DNA of 64,000 nucleotides from a virus: IMG/VR virus record IMGVR_UViG_3300030329_003387. One strand, 5' to 3'. Positions within the stretch are counted from its first letter, which is position 1, and the number at the start of each line of letters is the position of its first letter. Both the position numbers and the translations under genes were made by a program. Below, piece by piece: positions 44,933-55,150 of the stretch. A model generated the notes under the pieces. That model had not been told where the DNA came from. It worked only from the letters and a program-made list of their open reading frames with translations, and did not search any database.

Positions 44933-45975
44933 AAGTTATGATTTCTAGTGACGGTCCTCATGCGCACTACTATATAAGAATGGGATGGGCTAAAGTTTTT
45001 CAAGCTATAGGTCACGAAGTAATTTTATGGGACACAAATACAAAGTCTGCATATGACGCATTTGATGAGTTTGAACCCGATATATTTATGGGTCAAACTT
45101 ACAACATGAATAGATCTCTCTTTAACTGCATAAAAGAGCGTCCAGAAATGAAGGTTGTAATGCGAGCTTCTGACTGGGGCGACATGCAAAAAGAGGTGGA
45201 TAAAGAAAAATATCCCATCCTGACGGCTACGAAAGATGAGTCTATATGGATAGAAAGACTTAAGAGAGAGTGCGACAAGCCTGACTTCGTTCACAATCAT
45301 TACCATGATAATTGGATGAAGGTCACGCACAATAGGTGGGAAGTAATAGGTGTAAAAGTTGTCTCAATGATGCATGGCGCAGATGTGTTCGACTATGCAA
45401 ACGCTGGTGAAGTAGATCTTCTAAAATCTGATATAGTGTTTGTGGGTGGTTATTGGCCTTACAAAGCAGAAAGGTTAGATCCATATCTTCTTAGGTTGTG
45501 CCATCCTGTCGGCAAGTTCAATATAAAAATCTTTGGAGGGTCTGATTGGCCGGTAGTTCAGTACGCCGGAAAAATCTCTAATGAAAATGTAAAACACGCC
45601 TTTAGATCTGCTACCGTCTGCCCAAACGTCAGCGAACCCCACTCACAGGACTTTGGATATGATATAATTGAGAGACCGTTCAAAGTATTGATGAGCGGCG
45701 GCTTCTGCATTTCAGACTACGTTGAGTCAATGGCAAACGACGTATTCACAAACGACGAAGTTCTGTTTGCAAAAACACCAGAAGAGTTTGAGCAACTAAT
45801 TCAATACTACGTCAATCACCCTAAAGAAGCAGCACTATACGCAGAAAAAGGATTTAATTGCGTTCTACAAAATCATACTTATTTTCACAGAATCGCTAGG
45901 CTGTTTACCGAACTAGACATGCCTAAAGAAGCGGAAAAATGTTTAATGTTCGTAGATAGCATGGTGGAAAAATGA
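44929..45975 (+). CDS. CgeB-like GT-B glycosyltransferase
   Basis: DIVFVG, ERPF, GGFCISD, HTYFHR. Confidence 0.8.
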   Translation: MKVMISSDGPHAHYYIRMGWAKVFQAIGHEVILWDTNTKSAYDAFDEFEPDIFMGQTYNMNRSLFNCIKERPEMKVVMRASDWGDMQKEVDKEKYPILTATKDESIWIERLKRECDKPDFVHNHYHDNWMKVTHNRWEVIGVKVVSMMHGADVFDYANAGEVDLLKSDIVFVGGYWPYKAERLDPYLLRLCHPVGKFNIKIFGGSDWPVVQYAGKISNENVKHAFRSATVCPNVSEPHSQDFGYDIIERPFKVLMSGGFCISDYVESMANDVFTNDEVLFAKTPEEFEQLIQYYVNHPKEAALYAEKGFNCVLQNHTYFHRIARLFTELDMPKEAEKCLMFVDSMVEK

Positions 45976-46922
45976 AAATACTTGTGACTGGATCGACCGG
46001 ATTCATAGGAAAGCATCTTTGTTTGCAATTAAAACTTCTTGGACACGAACTGATTACAGTATCCCGCCGTCCAATAATGATAACCAAAAGAGACGTTAAA
46101 CTTAGCGATCACTATGCGTTAGACCTTGGCGAAGTAGACAGGTCAAAAGATAGCTACTACATTTTTGAGAACATATGCAAGCAGCACAAGCCTGATTTAA
46201 TATATCACTTAGCAAGCAACGCTGTAGTAAAGCCTGACGATGAAAACCCACATGGCATTATTTTAGACAACACCGTAAGTACACAAAAAATAGCTCATTA
46301 CGCGCCTGAAGGATGTAAGGTTGTCTTGGCTTCTTCTGTCATAGTTTATGGCGATTGGATTTTTAATTCACCAAGCCCTGACAGAAAATACAAAGAATCC
46401 TCTGCCTGCAAGCCAACTTCAATTTATGGAATGACCAAGAGGGCTTCTGAGAGCATAATTGAGTCATATACATCTTCAGGCAAAATAGATGGGGTTTCTG
46501 CTAGATTGTGCGCGACCGTAGGCTCCGGACTGACTCATGGAATCATAAAAGACTTCATAAGAAAAATAAAAAGCGACAACCCAAATCTAGAAGCTTTAGG
46601 CTCTTATCCCGGATCTACCAAACCTTTCTGTCATATAGACGATGTGGTAGAAGCACTGATACTTCTTGGTACACAAGATGCAAAAGGCAAGGTATTTAAC
46701 GTAGTTCCTGATGATTCAATTACAGTTGAGGAAGTTGCGGAAGCAGCAATGTCTGCTCTAGAAATACAAAAGCCTATAAAGTGGCTTGGAGAAGAAGCAA
46801 ACTGGAAAGGCGATAATAGAATTATTAGAGCTAGTAACACATTGTTAAAATCTGCGGGTTGGAATCCTAAGTTTCCTAAATCAAAAGATGTCATCTTTGA
46901 TGTAGTAAAGAGAAGCAAATGA
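45972..46922 (+). CDS. NAD-dependent nucleotide-sugar epimerase/dehydratase
   Basis: TGSTGFIG, SS, YGMTK. Confidence 0.9.
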   Translation: MKILVTGSTGFIGKHLCLQLKLLGHELITVSRRPIMITKRDVKLSDHYALDLGEVDRSKDSYYIFENICKQHKPDLIYHLASNAVVKPDDENPHGIILDNTVSTQKIAHYAPEGCKVVLASSVIVYGDWIFNSPSPDRKYKESSACKPTSIYGMTKRASESIIESYTSSGKIDGVSARLCATVGSGLTHGIIKDFIRKIKSDNPNLEALGSYPGSTKPFCHIDDVVEALILLGTQDAKGKVFNVVPDDSITVEEVAEAAMSALEIQKPIKWLGEEANWKGDNRIIRASNTLLKSAGWNPKFPKSKDVIFDVVKRSK

Positions 46923-47974
46923 AAGTACTCTACTACCCACTAATACAACAACAAGCCATTTCGTCAAGACAGGCTGGAGACTATCTGACAGACACTCTCT
47001 TTCATGGTCTCAGATCTTTGTTAGGTGAAGATCTCATAGACGGCTACAGAATGTGGCATGTCTACAATGATGCCCATCCAGAATCTTTGTCTCACTTGTG
47101 GGGCAAAGGTTTTACTACTTATGGTTTATTGCCAAACATAAAGATTGACAGGGATGACATTGGCGGCAAGATACAAAGCAGATATTTTGACTATGTTATC
47201 TGTCCTATGCATCACACTATGGTTCAAGACTGGAACACGGCAAAGGGTATTATAAAGAAGGTTCTTGAATTTTACCCAGCCAACAGAGTTTGCCTGATAG
47301 ATGGATGGGATAGACCCTACACCGACACCTCTTTAATATCTTTAGTTCCGTTCTTTAAAAGAGAGATAAACGAAGAAACAAGCCAAGCAAAGCCCATCTC
47401 ATTTTCTATACCTAAAGAAAAGCTGCGACCTTTAGGCGGTAAGACAAAACAGATTGATTTTGCTCCGCTAGTTCCAGCGTATGGTCACTTTGACGATCCG
47501 CATATGAAGTCTTACATTTATGATAATGAAAAAGACTACTATGATATGTACGAAGAAAGTTACTTTGCTTATACGTGTAAAAAAGGCAGAGAGCATGTTC
47601 TTGAGGAGTCTTGGGATTGTATGCGACATTATGAAATATTAGCAGCCGGTTCTGTTCCTTACTTTACAGACATAGAAAAATGTCCTCCAAAAAGCATGTT
47701 TAGATTTCCTAAAGACCTTTGCGTAAAAGCAAAAAAAATGTCTGGAGTCATGCCCGGAACAAAAAAACCTTTTGATCCAGAAGAAGACACGTTTATAGGA
47801 ACGTCTAAAGCTATACAAGATGGTTCAGCCAGAGGTTATATAGACTATCCAAATTTCAACAACGCGGAATATGAAAATCTGCTAAGAGATTTTAGAGAGT
47901 ATACAAAAAAATACTTAACTACAGAATCTATGGCAAAATATCTTTTAGAAGAAATGAAAAAATGCTCGGAATAG
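46919..47974 (+). CDS. Putative glycosyltransferase
   Basis: WDCMRHYEILAAGSVPYF, similar to the exostosin-like C-terminal motif. Confidence 0.6.
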   Translation: MKVLYYPLIQQQAISSRQAGDYLTDTLFHGLRSLLGEDLIDGYRMWHVYNDAHPESLSHLWGKGFTTYGLLPNIKIDRDDIGGKIQSRYFDYVICPMHHTMVQDWNTAKGIIKKVLEFYPANRVCLIDGWDRPYTDTSLISLVPFFKREINEETSQAKPISFSIPKEKLRPLGGKTKQIDFAPLVPAYGHFDDPHMKSYIYDNEKDYYDMYEESYFAYTCKKGREHVLEESWDCMRHYEILAAGSVPYFTDIEKCPPKSMFRFPKDLCVKAKKMSGVMPGTKKPFDPEEDTFIGTSKAIQDGSARGYIDYPNFNNAEYENLLRDFREYTKKYLTTESMAKYLLEEMKKCSE

Positions 47975-48684
47975 AAAAAGCTATATGTCTATGTTTAGAC
48001 AAACGAAAAGACGAATGGGAAGACCTACAAAGACAGTGCGAGTCGAAGGGTATTGAGTTTGAAAAGTTTATCGTTGGTGATGGCAAAACATTAGACCCAG
48101 ATATGTACGATAGAATAGACGTTGAAGACGCAGATCTTTCTGATTGGAGTTATGGAAATGACACCACTAAAATCAGACACTACAACGCTTTCATGTCACA
48201 TATTGAAATATTCAAAAGAGCAAAAGAACAGGGGCTAAATCGTTTTTTACTTCTTGAAGACGATGCTTATTTTACAGAGAGATTTGATGATGTAATGTCT
48301 AAGGTGGAACAAATAGCACATCAGTACGAAGAGAACAACAAAAGACCTTTTGTTTTTGATATGTTTTTTCTTGGTTGGTGGATAGGAGAGGCTGACGATC
48401 CTTGGAATAAGACAGTTGAAAGAATATACAATGAGAATGGAGGGGTGGCATTGGGAACCGTGTCGGAAGCACACTTCACTTGCGGCGGAATGCACGGCGT
48501 TATTATCAATAAAACTATCTTAAACAAACTCATAGAGCTTGAGCCTAAAAATCCAATAGACTCACAGCTAAACTCAGGGATACATCAAGAAATGAATACT
48601 TGCTATGTTATGCCCAAAATCATACACGACAAAGGTTTGTTCAGTAATTGTGAACAAAACAGGATTGAAAGAAATAAGCTATGA
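47962..48684 (+). CDS. GT25 glycosyltransferase
   Basis: CLDKR, SH, LLLEDD, PID. Confidence 0.8.
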   Translation: MLGIEKAICLCLDKRKDEWEDLQRQCESKGIEFEKFIVGDGKTLDPDMYDRIDVEDADLSDWSYGNDTTKIRHYNAFMSHIEIFKRAKEQGLNRFLLLEDDAYFTERFDDVMSKVEQIAHQYEENNKRPFVFDMFFLGWWIGEADDPWNKTVERIYNENGGVALGTVSEAHFTCGGMHGVIINKTILNKLIELEPKNPIDSQLNSGIHQEMNTCYVMPKIIHDKGLFSNCEQNRIERNKL

Positions 48685-49346
48685 AAGTTGCGGTTTGTCT
48701 TTCTGGACAACTAAGAAGCTTTGTTAGAAGCCGAGACTCACTTTTTAAAAACATAATAGATCCTACAGACGCAGATCTCTTCGTCTATGGCTGGGATTTT
48801 GAAAAGCGAAATGAAAATGATGTAACCAAGAGGTTCTCTGAGGACGGTACTGTAGAAGAATTCTTAGAATTGTACAAACCAAAATCTTTGATTCTTGAAA
48901 GCTGTGATGAGTTTCTAAAAGACAAAAACTTTTCCTTCCGTACAAAAGCTCCAGAGACCAGCGCTGAAAGAATGATGTGTATGTTTTATACAAATATGCA
49001 GTGTTATCAGCAGATAAACAAAGAAAACTATGATGTTGTTTTTAGATGCAGAACAGAAATAGAATACGAAAGACCAATAACAAACGAAGAGCTAGAAATT
49101 TCATATACAAATCTAGTTATACCAAAAGGTCTTGATGGAAGAGGTGGATACCAAGATTCATTTGCGTTTGGTTCTGTAGAAGATATGAACGTATACAATT
49201 CTGTATATAACAACGTAGAGTACTATGCTAAAAACGGCATAATGATACATCCAGAATACATACTAAGATATCACTTAGATTATAATAATGTGCCAGTTAA
49301 TAGAATTAATTTTCCTATGCTTCTTAGGGGTAAGAAATACGGATGA
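48681..49346 (+). CDS. Putative glycan-modifying protein
   Basis: KVAVCLSGQLR, YDVVFRCR, DSFAFG, HPE. Confidence 0.55.
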   Translation: MKVAVCLSGQLRSFVRSRDSLFKNIIDPTDADLFVYGWDFEKRNENDVTKRFSEDGTVEEFLELYKPKSLILESCDEFLKDKNFSFRTKAPETSAERMMCMFYTNMQCYQQINKENYDVVFRCRTEIEYERPITNEELEISYTNLVIPKGLDGRGGYQDSFAFGSVEDMNVYNSVYNNVEYYAKNGIMIHPEYILRYHLDYNNVPVNRINFPMLLRGKKYG

Positions 49347-50719
49347 TAAAAGTTATAATATTTGATCTTGACGGTGTATTAGTAGAAGCTAGAAATATAC
49401 ATTACGAAGCTTTAAATAGAGCTTTGGCTAAATTTGGAGAAGAATATGTAATATCGCTTGAAGAACACCTTTCTTCCTATGACGGACTTCCTACAAAAAA
49501 GAAACTGGCCAAACTGTCCAAAGAAAAGGGATTGCCAACCAATATACATACAGAGGTTTGGCAAGAAAAACAAAAATGCACACAAAAAGTAATATCAGAC
49601 GTGGTTAGTCCCTTTTCACATGCTGGTATATGCATGGTACTAAGAAGGCTTAGCAGCGATGGGTATAAGATATACTGCGCTTCAAATTCAATAAGGTCTA
49701 GTGTAAAGCTAATGCTTTTAAAGGCAGGCTACCTAGAATATATAGATGAATACTTTTCCAATGAAGATGTAAAAAACCCAAAACCACACTCTGAAATATA
49801 TCTAAAATGCATGATACATGCTGGAGTTAACCCAGAAGAATGCTTAATTGTAGAAGACTCTCATATAGGCAGAGAGGCGGCTGCAAAATCTGGAGGAAAT
49901 GTTTTAGGCGTAAAAGGTCTAGAAGACGTAAGATTAGATAACATACATAAAGCTATAGAAAAAGCTGAATGTAAGCATCAACCAATAAGACCTAAATGGC
50001 AGGGTGGAAATATGAAAGTTTTGATACCAATGGCTGGAGCTGGCTCTCGTTTTGAGAAAGCGGGATATACCTTTCCTAAGCCACTTATTGAAGTAAACGG
50101 CAAGCCCATGATACAAGTTGTCGTTGAAAATTTGAACATTGATGCTCAGCATATATTTATAGTTCAAAAAAGTCACTATGAAAAATACAATCTTCAGTAC
50201 CTACTTAACTTGATAGCTCCTAATTGTGAAATAGTTCAAGTTGACGGAGTGACTGAAGGTGCGGCTTGCACGACATTGTTGGCAAAAGAATTTATCAACA
50301 ACGATGAGCCGCTTTTAACAGCAAATTCTGATCAGTTTATTGACTGGAATAGCAATGAGTTTTTATATTCAATGCAAGCTTCTGGTGTAGATGGAGGAAT
50401 TTTAACTTTTGAATCGGTTCATCCAAAGTGGAGCTTTGCAAAGCTTGATAAAGATGGGTTTGTTTCCGAAGTTGCTGAAAAGAAACCGATCAGCAACAAG
50501 GCAACGGTGGGCGTATATTACTGGTCTAAAGGTAGCGACTATGTAAAATATGCCGAGCAAATGATTGCAAAAGACAGACGGGTAAACAACGAGTTTTATG
50601 TTTGCCCTGTATTTAACGAAGCTATAGAAGACAAGAAAAAAATTAAGGTGTTCGACATCGACAAAATGTGGGGTCTCGGAACGCCAGAGGACTTAGAGGT
50701 ATTTTTAAATGACACTTAA
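49343..50719 (+). CDS. HAD phosphatase fused to a BcbE-like nucleotidyltransferase
   Basis: FDLDGVL, KP, VEDS; then IPMAGAGSRF, TEGAACT, NSDQ, RVNNEFY, LGTPEDL. Confidence 0.85.
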   Translation: MIKVIIFDLDGVLVEARNIHYEALNRALAKFGEEYVISLEEHLSSYDGLPTKKKLAKLSKEKGLPTNIHTEVWQEKQKCTQKVISDVVSPFSHAGICMVLRRLSSDGYKIYCASNSIRSSVKLMLLKAGYLEYIDEYFSNEDVKNPKPHSEIYLKCMIHAGVNPEECLIVEDSHIGREAAAKSGGNVLGVKGLEDVRLDNIHKAIEKAECKHQPIRPKWQGGNMKVLIPMAGAGSRFEKAGYTFPKPLIEVNGKPMIQVVVENLNIDAQHIFIVQKSHYEKYNLQYLLNLIAPNCEIVQVDGVTEGAACTTLLAKEFINNDEPLLTANSDQFIDWNSNEFLYSMQASGVDGGILTFESVHPKWSFAKLDKDGFVSEVAEKKPISNKATVGVYYWSKGSDYVKYAEQMIAKDRRVNNEFYVCPVFNEAIEDKKKIKVFDIDKMWGLGTPEDLEVFLNDT

Positions 50720-51371
50720 AGTTTTTATCGGATGGGATAGTAGAGAAGTTGATGCCTATAATGTTTGTGTCAAATCTCTAAAAGAACACGCATCACAAGA
50801 ACTCGACATTACGCCAATTGTTAGAGATACACTTATTGATACTGGCGAATATTACAGACCGCAACCAGAAGCTGGTTCCGTGGAGTTTACTTACACTAGG
50901 TTTTTAACACCATATCTAGCGGATTACAACGGCTGGGCATTGTTTATAGATTGCGACTTTCTATTTACGAAAGACGTGGCTGAATTGTTCTCCATGACAG
51001 ATGACAAATATGCACTGATGTGCGTCAAACATGATTATGTACCCAGAAACGCTGTGAAGATGGACGGACAAAAACAGGTTTCTTACCCAAGAAAAAACTG
51101 GTCTAGCTGTATTTTGTGGAATTGCGGACACCCATCTAACAAGGCACTAACAAAAGACATAGTTAGCGGAGAGTCTGGCGCGTTCTTACATAGATTTCAA
51201 TTTCTCAAAGACGAAGAGATTGGAGAACTGCCTCTTGAGTGGAATTGGTTAGAGGGTGAGTATGATAAACCCGAAACTCCACCCGCAGTAATACACTTTA
51301 CGAATGGTGGTCCGTGGTTTGAGAACTGGCAAGATGTAGACTATGCTGAACTCTGGAGGAGTTATCTCTAA
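50709..51371 (+). CDS. GT8-like glycosyltransferase
   Basis: IGWDSRE, FTYTRF, DCDF, YPRKNWSS, HFTNGGPW. Confidence 0.82.
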   Translation: MTLKVFIGWDSREVDAYNVCVKSLKEHASQELDITPIVRDTLIDTGEYYRPQPEAGSVEFTYTRFLTPYLADYNGWALFIDCDFLFTKDVAELFSMTDDKYALMCVKHDYVPRNAVKMDGQKQVSYPRKNWSSCILWNCGHPSNKALTKDIVSGESGAFLHRFQFLKDEEIGELPLEWNWLEGEYDKPETPPAVIHFTNGGPWFENWQDVDYAELWRSYL

Positions 51372-52351
51372 TGAAGGTAGCTATATGTTACACAAAGAGA
51401 AGAACAGACCAGATAATGGAATCCTTTACTCAGGGCGTTGTCGATTCTGGAGATCATGTTGAGATAATAAAATCAAAACGTGACTTACATAAGCTTGAAA
51501 AATGCGATATTTCTTTTCAAATAGCCGAAGTTACAAGATATGAGTCATTGTGCTTTCATTCAGATCCTAATGGTATGGCTGAAGAAGGTTACATGAGGGT
51601 CGCTATAAAAAACAAAATGATAGAACTTGGCCGTCAAAGAATAATGCTTGATTGCGGAATTTTGAGTGATGACAGAAATAGAAATGTGGATGAGAGATAT
51701 TTTTCTATAGGTGTTGACGGAATTAAAAGAGGAGCAAGCTTCTACAACGAAAACAGCCCAAGAGATAGATTTAAAAAAAGAAGATTGAGAATTAAAGAGT
51801 GGAGACCATCTGGAGATCACGTTCTCATTATTGGCCAGACACATTACGGCGCTGGCTTGGCGCATGTAGGAACTGAGAGCGACCCCATGTCCAACATGTG
51901 GACTGACCCAACAGATTACTACCATAATTTGGTAAAAAGGGTGAGAGAGTATACCGATAGACCAATTGTCTTTAGAACGCATCCGGTAGGTGATAAAGAA
52001 ATAAGAAATAGAATTAGACCTCCAGAAGGAGTTCATGATATTACTCTTACCGACGCTAGAGAAGTCCCGATTAAAGATGATTTAAAAAATGCTTGGTGCG
52101 CTATAACAAGAACGTCTAACGGCGCTGTTGATGCAGTATTTAATGGCATACCAGTTATAACAGAAGATCCAATTTGTTTAGCTTATGACGTTGCCGGACA
52201 TACAATCAAAAAAATAGAAGATCCAGAAAAACCGAGCAGAACTCAGTGGCTTTATGACATGTCATATGCCGAATGGTCTTTGGAAGAAATGAGACAGGGA
52301 CTGCCTTGGAAACACTTAAGGAGTAATTTAAAACATGCACAGGATAAATGA
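51371..52351 (+). CDS. KpsS/KpsC-like (Capsule_synth-type) GT-B protein, paralog 1
   Basis: FRTHP, ITRTSNGAVDAVFNGIPV, YAEWSLEEM. Confidence 0.55.
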   Translation: MKVAICYTKRRTDQIMESFTQGVVDSGDHVEIIKSKRDLHKLEKCDISFQIAEVTRYESLCFHSDPNGMAEEGYMRVAIKNKMIELGRQRIMLDCGILSDDRNRNVDERYFSIGVDGIKRGASFYNENSPRDRFKKRRLRIKEWRPSGDHVLIIGQTHYGAGLAHVGTESDPMSNMWTDPTDYYHNLVKRVREYTDRPIVFRTHPVGDKEIRNRIRPPEGVHDITLTDAREVPIKDDLKNAWCAITRTSNGAVDAVFNGIPVITEDPICLAYDVAGHTIKKIEDPEKPSRTQWLYDMSYAEWSLEEMRQGLPWKHLRSNLKHAQDK

Positions 52352-53015
52352 TGTATGGTGCGTTCCTGACGGGGACCAACTTATAACAAGAAAAATAAAC
52401 GAAAGAAAAAAGAAAGACTCCGACCCTACACATACGGATCTTTACTATGAAAGACGAGTTAGAAAAGCAGCCTTAGAGCATGTCACTAATTTTGGAACTT
52501 TTGTCGATGCCGGAGCTAATGTTGGTATATGGAGTAGACCAATGTCTGATCTGTTTACAACAGTAGAAGCGTTTGAGCCAGCTGAAAAAAACAGAGAGTG
52601 CTTTACAGAAAACGTTAAGGAATTAGATAATATCAATTTGTACAGTCATGGGTTAGGGGAAACACGAACTCATGGAAACTTGCTTTTAGGTGTTAAAAAT
52701 TGTGGCGACTGCAAAATACTTTACCAAGATGAGATCAAAGGTGTAAAGTTTAAGCCTGAAGATTCCGTTGAGGTAAGAACATTGGATTCTCACAACTTTC
52801 GTGAAGTTGGTTTAATCAAAATCGACACACAGGGTCACGAACTACGAATACTCAAAGGCGCTGTAGAAACCATGAAAAAGTGGAAGCCAGTTGTTGTTTT
52901 TGAGATAGACCAAGACAAAGACCTATGCTGCGACCTTCTAGAGTCCATTGGGGCGAGTAGAATACCAGTAGATAATAAATGCTTAATGATATACGGATTT
53001 AAACATACGTTATAA
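52335..53015 (+). CDS. FkbM-family methyltransferase
   Basis: DAGANVG, FEP, LIKIDTQGHE. Confidence 0.9.
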   Translation: MHRINDVWCVPDGDQLITRKINERKKKDSDPTHTDLYYERRVRKAALEHVTNFGTFVDAGANVGIWSRPMSDLFTTVEAFEPAEKNRECFTENVKELDNINLYSHGLGETRTHGNLLLGVKNCGDCKILYQDEIKGVKFKPEDSVEVRTLDSHNFREVGLIKIDTQGHELRILKGAVETMKKWKPVVVFEIDQDKDLCCDLLESIGASRIPVDNKCLMIYGFKHTL

Positions 53016-53044
53016 TCAACCTCAGAAAACTTGTCAGGCATGTC

Positions 53045-53821
53045 ATGAAAATCCTATACGTAACTACTTTTAACAACAAACTGTACAACGCAACCGGAAG
53101 AGACATGATTGAATCTTTCGTCAAGTATAAGACGGAAGGCGATTTACTTATTGCTCACGAAGACGGTCTAGACGCAGTTATTCCCCACCATAGAAAGTTT
53201 ATTTTTCATGACTTAGAACAAGATAACTTTCTTTCTTCATGGTTAAAGGAAAACGAGGACATTATACCTGTTGAGCTTGGTGGTAAATTTGAAGGTGTCT
53301 ATGAGGAAAAAACCAAATTCAATCAAAGAGCTTCTCAGTGGTTTAGAAAGATAGTAGCACTCAACGCGGCTATGGATAATAAGTCAGACTACGAAGCTAT
53401 AGTATTCCTAGATAGCGACACGGTGGTAAATAAACATCTGCCCGGATCAAAGATAGAGGAGATATTTAGCGGTCACTCTATGTTCTATCACTTAGGTCCT
53501 CACAGGAAAAAGTCAGGCACTGGGATAGAGTCCGGTATAATTGGATTTAACTTAAAAGAAGAGGGGGTCTTACTCTTAAGTATTGTTATTAATAAGTTCA
53601 GGAGTGGTGAGTTTAGAAAATATCTTAGGTGGGATGACGGTTATGTATTTAGAATGGTCGTTGAAGAATATACAAATATAGCAACCAGAGACATTGTAGA
53701 TGTCCAAGAAAACAATGTCGTAGAACATGGACCTTTTGCTGAATATTTAGTACACAAAAAAGGAATACACTGGAAAGAACACGGTTTACCATCTATGAAA
53801 GGTTCTAAAGATCCACGATAG
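53045..53821 (+). CDS. GT-A-like glycosyltransferase
   Basis: FLDSD, ESG, WDDGYVF, HKKG. Confidence 0.65.
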   Translation: MKILYVTTFNNKLYNATGRDMIESFVKYKTEGDLLIAHEDGLDAVIPHHRKFIFHDLEQDNFLSSWLKENEDIIPVELGGKFEGVYEEKTKFNQRASQWFRKIVALNAAMDNKSDYEAIVFLDSDTVVNKHLPGSKIEEIFSGHSMFYHLGPHRKKSGTGIESGIIGFNLKEEGVLLLSIVINKFRSGEFRKYLRWDDGYVFRMVVEEYTNIATRDIVDVQENNVVEHGPFAEYLVHKKGIHWKEHGLPSMKGSKDPR

Positions 53822-53822
53822 A

Positions 53823-54587
53823 ATGGCAGTATCTCCGCCAAAAACCATCTTGACAACACACGAAAGAAGCAAAGTTGTCGGCAGAGCGTTCGCTGAAGGC
53901 TGCGGTGGCGGAGTCATAAATATATTTAAGCTTCAAGAACTAGCAAAGAGGAAGATAATTGTTCCTCGCGTAGCCAGCTATGGCATACTTAGAGGGTGTG
54001 GAGAAGCAATAAAAGCCGCAAAGGATTACTGGCATATTGATCACGGTTACTTTTTTAGATCAAGCACACCAGAAGCGTATGACGGTTATTACAGGATCAC
54101 TAAAAACAACTTCTGGCACGACGGGCTTAGTAAGTGTAATTCAGACAGGTTTGCTAGATTAAAAATGCAAGGCTTGCAACTGAAAGACTGGAGAAAGACT
54201 GGCAATCACATAATAGTAGTACCCCCATCAAAATACATGGCAGATCATTGGGGTATGCATGACTGGTTAAGAGACACCGTCGCAGAAATTAAAAAATATA
54301 CGGATAGAGAGATAGTCGTCTCTATCAAAAATGAAACACCGCTAGAAAGGGTCTTGCCAAATGCATGGGCTTTGGTGACAGATCATTCAAACGCAGGGAT
54401 AACAGCTCTATTAGAAGGAGTCCCTACTATCTTCACTAACCCAGCAAGAAAGCTTGGGGAAATATCAGAGATAGAAAATCCACCTATGGATCGTGACTTT
54501 TTTTATGGGTTGGCTTACCAGCAATGGACTTTAGAAGAAATAAGATCAGGTGAAGCATGGAATTACTTGGGCGATACAAAACATTAA
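53823..54587 (+). CDS. KpsS/KpsC-like GT-B protein, paralog 2
   Basis: IDHGYF, LVTDHSNAGITALLEGVP, YQQWTLEEI. Confidence 0.55.
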   Translation: MAVSPPKTILTTHERSKVVGRAFAEGCGGGVINIFKLQELAKRKIIVPRVASYGILRGCGEAIKAAKDYWHIDHGYFFRSSTPEAYDGYYRITKNNFWHDGLSKCNSDRFARLKMQGLQLKDWRKTGNHIIVVPPSKYMADHWGMHDWLRDTVAEIKKYTDREIVVSIKNETPLERVLPNAWALVTDHSNAGITALLEGVPTIFTNPARKLGEISEIENPPMDRDFFYGLAYQQWTLEEIRSGEAWNYLGDTKH

Positions 54588-55150
54588 TAGAAGAAGTAGA
54601 AAATAGACAACCAAAAACGATACTAGAAGTTGGTACTCATCGTGGCAATAGCGCGATCACTATGGTAAACAAAGCCAAGCAGTACAACGACGATGTATTT
54701 TATTATGGATTTGATATATTTGATTGGGCTGACAGTGACTTTATGGCTAAGGAATTTAATGGTAAAGTTCCTCCAGTTTTAGCCCAAACCAGAAAACGTC
54801 TCAAAAGAGAAGGTATTCAGCACAAACTGATGGTGGGAAATACCAATAGTACTCTTTCAAAATTTTCGCCAGATAGACAAATAGATTTTGTATTTATTGA
54901 CGGTGGACATTCGGTCGAAACAATAGAAAGCGACTGGAACAACATAAAGAAGTTTATGGATGATGAAACCGTTGTAATATTTGATGATTACTACGAAAAC
55001 AGAGACGATTTTGGATGCAAAAAGTTAATAGACGAGCTGTTACAAGACAAAACATTTTCTGTTGAAAAACTAGAACCAATAGAAATAGTAGAAAAAAACA
55101 ATATACATCTAAGATTAGCGAAGGTTACAAAGAATGTCGGTACAAATTAG
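54557..55150 (+). CDS. Class I SAM methyltransferase (Methyltransf_24-like)
   Basis: LEVGT, FIDGGHS, FDDY. Confidence 0.85.
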   Translation: MELLGRYKTLIEEVENRQPKTILEVGTHRGNSAITMVNKAKQYNDDVFYYGFDIFDWADSDFMAKEFNGKVPPVLAQTRKRLKREGIQHKLMVGNTNSTLSKFSPDRQIDFVFIDGGHSVETIESDWNNIKKFMDDETVVIFDDYYENRDDFGCKKLIDELLQDKTFSVEKLEPIEIVEKNNIHLRLAKVTKNVGTN